Assembly: GCA_035289485.1 (NCBI GenBank)
Contig: DATDXA010000054.1
Coordinates: 1-18,544, forward strand
Direction of reading: 5' to 3'
Origin: an archaeon
GTDB lineage: Archaea > Iainarchaeota > Iainarchaeia > Iainarchaeales > Iainarchaeaceae
DNA: 18,544 nt
Shown here: piece after piece, positions 7,780 through 14,311 of the stretch
Position numbering within the stretch: the stretch's first letter is position 1
Layout of the letters: each line of letters begins with the position of its first letter
The notes under the pieces: model-generated
What the model was told of the DNA's origin: nothing
Seen by the model: the letters and a program-made list of their open reading frames with translations, nothing else
Databases searched by the model: none
Translations under genes and position numbers: made by a program

Positions 7780-7809
7780 ATACTATCTTAATGGTAGTAT
7801 ATAAAGTTT
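7780..7809 (-). promoter_or_regulatory. Archaeal promoter (TATA box TTTATATA, 7798-7805) with adjacent imperfect palindrome
   Basis: Minus strand reads AAAC-TTTATATA-CTACCATTAAGATAGTATTAGCTA-ATG. Palindrome ATACTATC-N5-GGTAGTAT on + at 7780-7800. Confidence 0.65.
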
Positions 7810-7864
7810 AGGCTGGGGGTTCATTCCTACCAAATCTAAGCGGGGATGCGACGATTCCACTTAT

Positions 7865-8845
7865 TTATTTCAGCCTTTTGTGTTTAATATTTTTCAGGAA
7901 TGTGTTGTAACAGAATTTTACAAAAAATTTTTCATCTCCCGACTCCACCGATTTTATGAGTTCTTTGAAGTACTCTGAAGTGTCTTTTGAAATATTTAGG
8001 ATTGGATAGTCCGCATCCTGCAAAACTTTATTGAAGAGCAGCCGGCACATCCTCTTATTCCCGTCCTTAAACGGGTGAATTAAATACAGCTTTAAGTGCA
8101 CCAGTGCAGCCAGTTCGAGTGGGTGGACATTCTTGTGGTTTTCAAGCCACCTGAAAAATCCCGTGAATTCTGAAGCAACTTTATCGGGGCCAGGGGGCCT
8201 ATAGCTTATCTCCTTTGATTGGAATGTCAGGGCATCGAATTTCGCTATTATCCTCTGGTCATCCCTTATTTGCCCGGGGCTTTTGCCCTCAAATGATGAC
8301 ATTACTATGCCGTGCAACCTGAGCACATCTTCCTCGTTAAACTTTATTTTTGGAAGAAAATTAATTCCTGTAATCATTGCACTTGAAATTATCACCTTTT
8401 TGTCGAAGGTGTATTCGCTTTCATTTTTTTTCAGGATTTTATAGGCGGTTTCGACATTGCTGAATTCGACATCTACCCCTTCCGTCCTTAGGGTGGTATA
8501 AACGAAATTCAGCACCTGTTTCTTCCTGAACTCCTCTTTTTTCTTTTCGGTGAGTTGTTCAAATCTGGCTAGAAAAGCGTCCTTTATCCTTTCTGCTTCT
8601 GACAGTTCCTTTTTGGAAAGAACGGAGAACGAGTATTTTTTCAGTCTTTCGTCATAGAGGGAATCGAGCGCTTCTTTTAATTTTTTATCCAATTCCTTTT
8701 CTTTATCTTTGAGTTGTTTTTTGGATGGTTTTTCCTTTCCGATATAGGCAGAAACCCTCTTCCACTTGCCCTTCATAATTTTGATGTTTTTTTCTAAATA
8801 GAAATAGCTTCTCCCTTTTTTCTCTCTCTCTATTAGATTAGCCAT
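7865..8845 (-). CDS. Fic family protein (class II, N-terminal inhibitory helix) with basic N-terminal domain
   Basis: Fic motif HPFKDGNKRMCR, upstream (S/T)xxxE(G/N) motif TLRTEG, and LHGIVM...PGQIR flap region. ATG 8845 (MANLIERE) preferred over 8869 because GGTGGTGA lies 8 nt upstream. Confidence 0.92.
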   Translation of the reverse strand: MANLIEREKKGRSYFYLEKNIKIMKGKWKRVSAYIGKEKPSKKQLKDKEKELDKKLKEALDSLYDERLKKYSFSVLSKKELSEAERIKDAFLARFEQLTEKKKEEFRKKQVLNFVYTTLRTEGVDVEFSNVETAYKILKKNESEYTFDKKVIISSAMITGINFLPKIKFNEEDVLRLHGIVMSSFEGKSPGQIRDDQRIIAKFDALTFQSKEISYRPPGPDKVASEFTGFFRWLENHKNVHPLELAALVHLKLYLIHPFKDGNKRMCRLLFNKVLQDADYPILNISKDTSEYFKELIKSVESGDEKFFVKFCYNTFLKNIKHKRLK

Positions 8846-8849
8846 GTAT

Positions 8850-8931
8850 TTTATCACCACCAAACTCATTAAAAAAGGTGGTGATAATGCGCTTTGTCTT
8901 CACCAAAAGTAAATCAATAGGTGGTGATAAA
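8850..8931. repeat. Three copies of TTATCACCACC/GGTGGTGATAA (one inverted, two direct) plus a degenerate fourth half-site; overlaps the fic SD
   Basis: TTATCACCACC at 8851-8861, GGTGGTGATAA at 8877-8887 and 8920-8930 (AGGTGGTGATAA direct repeat, 43-nt period), partial TCACCA at 8900-8905. Confidence 0.9.
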
Positions 8932-8941
8932 CGCCTGAACA

Positions 8942-8979
8942 GTTAGGCAGACAAAATACTGCGAGAACGTATGCCTAAC
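8942..8979. repeat. Second inverted repeat, 11-bp arms (10/11 complementary) with 16-nt spacer
   Basis: GTTAGGCAGAC (8942-8952) and GTATGCCTAAC (8969-8979, reverse complement GTTAGGCATAC). Confidence 0.75.
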
Positions 8980-9011
8980 CTGGGGCCTTTGTGTTCCCGC
9001 TGCTGCTCTCC

Positions 9012-10808
9012 TCATTCCCACTCAATCGTTGCGGGCGGCTTGTGGGTAATATCAAGCATCACAGCGCCAATCCCTTTGAGGCGCATTATCTTCTCAGCCA
9101 TCGCTTCGAGCACCCTCTTTTCCAGCGGGTAGAATTTGGCTGTCATGGCTTCGCGCGAACTCACAGGGCGCAGAACAATCCCCTCTCCTTTCCCGCCAAA
9201 ATCAACCGGGATGAGCACAACCGGGAACTGCCATATTTCATCCGTCAATCCTGCCTTTTCAATTTCACCCATCGCGATGGCGTCCGCCTCCTGCAAAAGC
9301 TCTATTCTCTCCTTTGTAAGATATGCCTTCTCAAGTTTCACCATGGAAATTTTTGCAGGTTTTACAAGTAGCAGCACGCGGTTCACCGAGTTAAAAGAAT
9401 TTGTAATCGTGGTGGATGCCTCCTCGAGCTTTTCAAAATCCGCAGCGCCCTCAAGGAGCACGGCGTTCCTATAAGTCCTGTTATCACCCTGCACTCCAAC
9501 AGCCTTCACAGGCAAAACTTTTGCTGCATATCCAAACTCCTCTGCTTTCGCTTCAATTTTTTTCTCCTGCGAAGAATCCGCCTCTTTTCCGTCGCTGCAA
9601 AGAATCCTTATTGCAAGGCCTGGCCCTGGGAAAGGCTGGCGATTCACAAGTTTTTCAGGAAGCCCAAGCAGCTTTCCAATCTGCCGAACCTCATCCTTGT
9701 AGAGCTGGCTAAGCGGCTCAATTACCCTGCCCTCTTCAATCATTTTCATTATGATGGGCGCGCGGTTGTGGTGCGTTTTTATCTTGTGCGCGTTTTTTGT
9801 CCCGCCGGTTTCTATGGTATCTGGGTAAATCGTTCCCTGCCCGAGAAGCCATTCTTTTTCATTGAAGCCAAGATTTTTCAATTCGGCAATTGCAAGGTCA
9901 ACAAAGAGCCGCCCCATAATATTTCTTTTCTCCTCAGGCTCAGAAACGCCATCGAGTTTTTTGAGGAACTGCGCCCCAGAATTTAGCACATGTATTTTTT
10001 TTATCCCAAGCTTTTCAATTTCCGCTTTCACCATTTCCGATTCGCCCCTGCGCATAAAACCAGTGTCAACGTGCAGCGCGAAAACATTTTCATTGCCAAG
10101 TGCCCTGCCAAGCAGCGCGAGCGTAACTGTAGAATCAACCCCGCCGCTTAGCAAGAGGAAAACCTTTTTCCCATTCGCTTCCTTTCGGATTTCCCCAAGG
10201 CGCTGCTCCAAATAATTTTCCATTGACCAATTCGGCTTGCAGCCGCACACGCCGAAAACGAAATTTGAAAGTATCTTCATGCCATTCTGCGTGTGAGTAA
10301 CCTCGGGGTGGAACTGCAGCCCGTATATTTTTTTGGCATCATTTGCAATTGAGGCAAATTCGCAGTCATTTGTGGAGCCGGCCCCTGAAAATCCTGCGGG
10401 GAGTTTTGAAACCTTGTCACCATGGCTCATCCACACTGTGAATTCTTTCGGGGTGCCTGCAAAGAGCTTCCCGCCTGATGGGCGAAAAATCGCAATCCCA
10501 TATTCTTTGATGGTTCCAGGGGTAACTTTTCCTCCCAATTCCTGCCCAATAAGCTGCTGCCCATAGCACAATCCCAGCACCGGAATTCCAAGCCCAAAAA
10601 TCTTGCGGTTAAACTCTGGCGCGTCCTTGTCATATACGCTCGCAGGCCCGCCGCTTAGAATTATCCCGCTCGCTCCCGCAAGTTCCTTTTCAGAAGCGGT
10701 TGGTGGCAGTATTTCAGAATATACACCAAGTTCTCGAACCCTTCGCGCGAGAAGGTGGGCGTACTGGCCGCCAAAATCCAGCACCACAATTCGTTCCTTT
10801 GCCTGCAT
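9012..10808 (-). CDS. guaA: GMP synthase (glutamine-hydrolysing), fused GATase and ATP-PPase, long form
   Basis: LDFGGQY, GLCYG (catalytic Cys), QFHPEV (His/Glu), PP-loop SGGVDS, IKTHHN, PFPGPGLAIR, C-terminal KPPATIEWE. ATG 10808 preferred over TTG 10820 because TTAAAATA (10829-10836, -) is 21-28 nt upstream. Confidence 0.97.
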   Translation of the reverse strand: MQAKERIVVLDFGGQYAHLLARRVRELGVYSEILPPTASEKELAGASGIILSGGPASVYDKDAPEFNRKIFGLGIPVLGLCYGQQLIGQELGGKVTPGTIKEYGIAIFRPSGGKLFAGTPKEFTVWMSHGDKVSKLPAGFSGAGSTNDCEFASIANDAKKIYGLQFHPEVTHTQNGMKILSNFVFGVCGCKPNWSMENYLEQRLGEIRKEANGKKVFLLLSGGVDSTVTLALLGRALGNENVFALHVDTGFMRRGESEMVKAEIEKLGIKKIHVLNSGAQFLKKLDGVSEPEEKRNIMGRLFVDLAIAELKNLGFNEKEWLLGQGTIYPDTIETGGTKNAHKIKTHHNRAPIIMKMIEEGRVIEPLSQLYKDEVRQIGKLLGLPEKLVNRQPFPGPGLAIRILCSDGKEADSSQEKKIEAKAEEFGYAAKVLPVKAVGVQGDNRTYRNAVLLEGAADFEKLEEASTTITNSFNSVNRVLLLVKPAKISMVKLEKAYLTKERIELLQEADAIAMGEIEKAGLTDEIWQFPVVLIPVDFGGKGEGIVLRPVSSREAMTAKFYPLEKRVLEAMAEKIMRLKGIGAVMLDITHKPPATIEWE

Positions 10809-10906
10809 AAAGTATTTCAAATTAAAAGTATTTTAAGGCAATCTGTGCCCGCGGATTCTCAGGCAAAGGATTGCGGCCGGGCTTTGGCAGGGTTTTCTCA
10901 AAGTAC

Positions 10907-12397
10907 CTATCCGGCGGCCTTGCGGCATTCGAGCATCTTATTCCTGTCATCTGCGATGCTCACACAAACAGACCCGTCTCCAGTTTGCAGTGCATAATCA
11001 AAGTAACACTGGTTCCTCTCATTTGGCACCTTGATAAAGCTGCATGCCACAGGATCCTCTTTTTGCACCGCGTACTCTTCGTAGCAGTAAAGGCTCGGGG
11101 GATATGGCAGGACCTTAAGCCTTGTGCGCTTTGCCTTTTCACATATCTCCGGAACGTCCAAAGACGCGGCGACCTGGGCAAAGCAGGTGTAATATCCTGT
11201 GTCAATGGTCACATATTCGCACACGGCATAATCCTTGTTCTTCACCGCAATTTCCGAAAAGCAACTGTCCCTTCCGCTGAAATTGTTTAGCCTCATGTTC
11301 TTGCATATTTCGCCGTCTGATTTCTTTACCGCCAAGTCCATGTAACATGTGTCCTCAAGCGGGGGCTTGCCGCTTATTTTCGCACATACTGCCTCGCTGT
11401 TGGTGTCCAATGCCGCCTTGTGGTAACATGAATTGATGAGGTCTATGCCCTTTAGGAGTGCGCACTGCTCAACTCCGGGATTGCCTTCAAGCAGCTTGTC
11501 GATGCATTCATTTGCCTGGAAATATGGCAGCTCCTTGCAAACCGAAACCTCGAGCCTTGTTGTTCCCACCCAGAAAAGGCAGTTGTTTTTCGAAGTCTCA
11601 TCGGCAATGCCTTCGCACGAGACATTGGCGTCTGCCGTGTTTGGCGCAGAAAGGAAGCATTCCCGCCTAAGCTCATCATCGAGCAGGAAAAAGCAGTGCT
11701 CGCCCTTTGGCGGATCCTGCGCGGCAAAATAGCACCTGTCCCTCTCAAATCCCTTCGAATCCTTTCTTGTCCCTATTTTTTCGCAAAATGAATTGTCATT
11801 CGTTGAGCCCGCCACATTGATGTAACAATCATTCCTTTTTGCCGGGTCGTAAATAAGGCCGCACTCAACCCCTGATTTGTCGCTTTCCGCTATGCCCTTT
11901 GCGCACTCATCCCTGAAGATTTCGTCGGTTATTTTGAAGCATGCGCTTATGTTTCTGGCAGATGCGGCAACACTTGCATGGCACTGGTTTGCCAGGAATA
12001 CGTTGGATATTTTTGTGCAGGTTGCGTCATCATTTGCAGCCTTTGCAACTTCGCCATAGCACCTGTCCTTTGAGATGAGCTCAATCTTTGTGCACGGGTA
12101 ATCAATCTTTGCGGATTTGGCCAGCGCCACAAGGCATGTTTCGCGCTTTATGTCATCGGCAAGCGCAATGCAGGCATCCAATTTTCCGGCGATTTCTAAA
12201 ATAGCCTTCTGCTCTGCCATCTGCTTTTCTGTAAGGGCATTGCCATCCTGTGCCCCACCAGAATTGTTTTGGCCAGCGGGATTTCCAGCGGCCGCATTTG
12301 TGTCAATTGTTCCTGTTTGGCCCTGTTTTGCCGTGCAGCCGCCCAAAAGAACCATTCCAACAATAAGCAGGAGCAAAAGCATTTCCCTATTGCGCAT
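10907..12397 (-). CDS. Predicted lipoprotein with 16 tandem two-cysteine repeats of about 26 aa
   Basis: 496 aa. MRNRE n-region, hydrophobic core, LLGG|C21 lipobox-like site, Gly/Asn/Gln linker, then repeats C-x2-(I/L)-x5-7-(R/K)(D/N)-x-C-(Y/F)-x2-(V/I)A from Cys76. Confidence 0.9.
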   Translation of the reverse strand: MRNREMLLLLLIVGMVLLGGCTAKQGQTGTIDTNAAAGNPAGQNNSGGAQDGNALTEKQMAEQKAILEIAGKLDACIALADDIKRETCLVALAKSAKIDYPCTKIELISKDRCYGEVAKAANDDATCTKISNVFLANQCHASVAASARNISACFKITDEIFRDECAKGIAESDKSGVECGLIYDPAKRNDCYINVAGSTNDNSFCEKIGTRKDSKGFERDRCYFAAQDPPKGEHCFFLLDDELRRECFLSAPNTADANVSCEGIADETSKNNCLFWVGTTRLEVSVCKELPYFQANECIDKLLEGNPGVEQCALLKGIDLINSCYHKAALDTNSEAVCAKISGKPPLEDTCYMDLAVKKSDGEICKNMRLNNFSGRDSCFSEIAVKNKDYAVCEYVTIDTGYYTCFAQVAASLDVPEICEKAKRTRLKVLPYPPSLYCYEEYAVQKEDPVACSFIKVPNERNQCYFDYALQTGDGSVCVSIADDRNKMLECRKAAG

Positions 12398-12420
12398 GCT
12401 TATTCTAAGGAGTTTACGAA

Positions 12421-12480
12421 TATTTAATCATTCTTGCAGCGTATTTTCCCTAATTTTCACATAGCCAAATCATTATATTT
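12421..12480. promoter_or_regulatory. Divergent TATA boxes for the Cys-repeat lipoprotein (-) and the 426-aa protein (+)
   Basis: TTAAATA on - at 12421-12427 (24-30 nt upstream of ATG 12397). TTATATTT on + at 12473-12480 (22-29 nt upstream of ATG 12502). Confidence 0.55.
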
Positions 12481-12501
12481 GCCGCAGGCTTTATTTTTCA
12501 T

Positions 12502-13782
12502 ATGCCTATTAGGAAACCTCCTATTATATCTGAATACAACGCCGAGCAAAAGCGCCGGAAAATTTTGGCCCGTGCAAAAAGTCTAAAGGCCCGCAGAACG
12601 CAGAAAAGGAAACTCTCCCCAAAGGCACTTATTGACATTGCAAGCCGCCCGCTTCGCTTTCAGGGGCAATCATATTTTCGCGTGCCATTTGGCCCTACTA
12701 TACAATTCAAGAAAAGAAATATTCTTTTTACTCCCATAACGCCGGACATGAATTCGCCCCCCAAATTTTCACGCCCCACAGAAGCCGGAATAAAAGTTCT
12801 GAAAGCAACCCCAAATGCGCTGAGGGCCACAGGGCGCGGTGTGGCGCACTTCAAGGCCGGATTTAACCGGGTCATTGATAGAGCCGGCGCACTTTTTCCG
12901 CGGGCGCATCCAGAACTTCCAGAGCCAATCACCTCAGCCAAAAAGCCGAGCAGGATATCCTCTGCAATCAGCGGGCTTGGAAGGGCATTTTCAAATTTAT
13001 TCCGCCGCGGAAATGCGGGCGGGAAAGTTACTGCGCGGGATGGGAATATCATCGAAGTGGCATTCCCTGGTTTGAATGATGGCCAATCCGTGGCACTGAA
13101 CCCGACTGCAGAAGGCATATTTCCGCAAGAATCACCCCGAAAAAGGGCCGAAACTTTTGTAACGGAAACAGCCCGCCCCAAAGCCAAAAGTGCCGGCGGC
13201 AGTTCAGATACCGCCGCCGCAGTGAAAAAATCCGGCGAGAAAACACCCGTGCCCGCCGCAGAGACGTTAAGGCCAAAAGAACCGGAAAGGATGGCGCCCG
13301 AACTAATTTACCGCAATATCCAAGGTGATTTTTTAGAGCGGCTGCCGCTCACAACCCTGAATGCCGCCGATGTTGTTGCAAATGCACTGGATTCTTATTC
13401 GGATGAACGCACAAGGGCTAGGGCATCGCTTTCACCCTCGGGTACCCTTTCCGATTCAGAAAGAGTTAAAGTCGAGCTTGCGTCTTTTTTCCACAATTCC
13501 GATGAGCTCATTAAAGGGCCTGCGTTGCGGGCCACTTTGGTGAATGCCATCGTATCCGCACAAAAGCCATCCGACATCGAGTCCCGCCTCAGGGAAAGGC
13601 GAGGTGATGTTTTGCTGGTAAATCAGGCACTTAGAAGATTGCGCTTCTCTCTTGGGGCAGAACGCTTCAGAAATGAATTGCCAACTATCCAGGCGATGGC
13701 AAACTTTGGCGGCGAGAATTGGGGCACGTCCTATAGGGCCTTATTGCAAGGGTATTCAAAGGAACTCGGTGCCAAAAAGTAG
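12502..13782 (+). CDS. Hypothetical protein, 426 aa: basic Pro/Arg/Lys-rich N-terminal half and helical C-terminal domain
   Basis: Long ORF with ATG and suitably spaced TATA box. No signal peptide, transmembrane helix or recognisable family motif. Confidence 0.8.
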   Translation: MPIRKPPIISEYNAEQKRRKILARAKSLKARRTQKRKLSPKALIDIASRPLRFQGQSYFRVPFGPTIQFKKRNILFTPITPDMNSPPKFSRPTEAGIKVLKATPNALRATGRGVAHFKAGFNRVIDRAGALFPRAHPELPEPITSAKKPSRISSAISGLGRAFSNLFRRGNAGGKVTARDGNIIEVAFPGLNDGQSVALNPTAEGIFPQESPRKRAETFVTETARPKAKSAGGSSDTAAAVKKSGEKTPVPAAETLRPKEPERMAPELIYRNIQGDFLERLPLTTLNAADVVANALDSYSDERTRARASLSPSGTLSDSERVKVELASFFHNSDELIKGPALRATLVNAIVSAQKPSDIESRLRERRGDVLLVNQALRRLRFSLGAERFRNELPTIQAMANFGGENWGTSYRALLQGYSKELGAKK

Positions 13783-13822
13783 CCGAAGGGAGAATTAAAT
13801 ATCTCCATGCAGTGTGTTGTTT

Positions 13823-14227
13823 ATGGGTCAGCTTTCAGATCAAATCAGGGAACAAAGGCGAAAGAGAATAAACCGCGGCTTTTTGGGCGCTGCCATAGGC
13901 GTAGTCCTTGGCTTAACTGCCTCTCTTGTTCCTGGCCATTTGCAGCACCGCAATGATGCAACCCAGATTGCAAGGGCCGAGCAAAAACACTCAGAGCAGC
14001 AGCAGAGGCGTGCAAATGAGGGGCGAACTTCTGGCAATGCGCAGGAAGACTTTCGCCTAATGCAGGAACGTGCGGCGCAATTCAAAAAAACCGCAAGAGA
14101 AAACCGCGTTCCTTTCCAAGGGGTTTCCAAGGAAAGGGCGGGGGCACTTGGCCTTGCCGGCGCCGCAGCAGGCGGCATTTTAGGCGCTTCAGGGCTTCTT
14201 TCAAGAAAACGCAGGGGAAAGCGCTAA
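13823..14227 (+). CDS. Hypothetical membrane protein, 134 aa, two glycine-zipper segments flanking a Gln/Arg/Glu coiled-coil-like linker
   Basis: GFLGAAIGVVLG and GALGLAGAAAGGILG with basic flanks RRKR and RKRRGKR. ATG 13823 preferred over GTG 13814 because TTAAATA (13795-13801) is 22-28 nt upstream. Confidence 0.75.
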   Translation: MGQLSDQIREQRRKRINRGFLGAAIGVVLGLTASLVPGHLQHRNDATQIARAEQKHSEQQQRRANEGRTSGNAQEDFRLMQERAAQFKKTARENRVPFQGVSKERAGALGLAGAAAGGILGASGLLSRKRRGKR

Positions 14228-14251
14228 ACCCGCAGATTGCGCTATTTGGCA

Positions 14252-14274
14252 GAAAAGTTATATTTAACTATAAC
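14252..14274 (+). promoter_or_regulatory. BRE/TATA (GAAAAG-TTATATTT) for the 1373-aa gene, embedded in a short palindrome
   Basis: GAAAAGTTATATTTAACTATAAC, with GTTATA-N6-TATAAC symmetry, about 50 nt upstream of ATG 14312. Confidence 0.5.
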
Positions 14275-14311
14275 CTCTAGTGTAATTATTTGCAGTTTGG
14301 AAGTGAAATGA

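Noticed and set aside
8846..8931. Possible mini-CRISPR, or lambda-type operator because TATCACC equals the lambda CI/Cro half-site
   Set aside because: Repeats are only 11-12 nt and in mixed orientation, with no cas genes. Spacing is unlike the 17-bp lambda operator and no phage genes are present.
7395..9011. Integrated element with att sites at tRNA-Ala or guaA
   Set aside because: No duplication of the tRNA 3' end or the guaA 3' end was found by eye, and no integrase or transposase is encoded in the window.
10907..12397. Multiheme cytochrome or Fe-S protein because of high Cys content
   Set aside because: No CxxCH or CxxCxxC motifs; Cys residues are spaced 11 or more residues apart.
13847..13895. 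Twin-arginine (Tat) signal in the glycine-zipper protein (RRKRINRGFLG)
   Set aside because: Consensus S/T-R-R-x-F-L needs RR two residues before FL; here it is N-R-G-F-L, and no cleavage site is evident.
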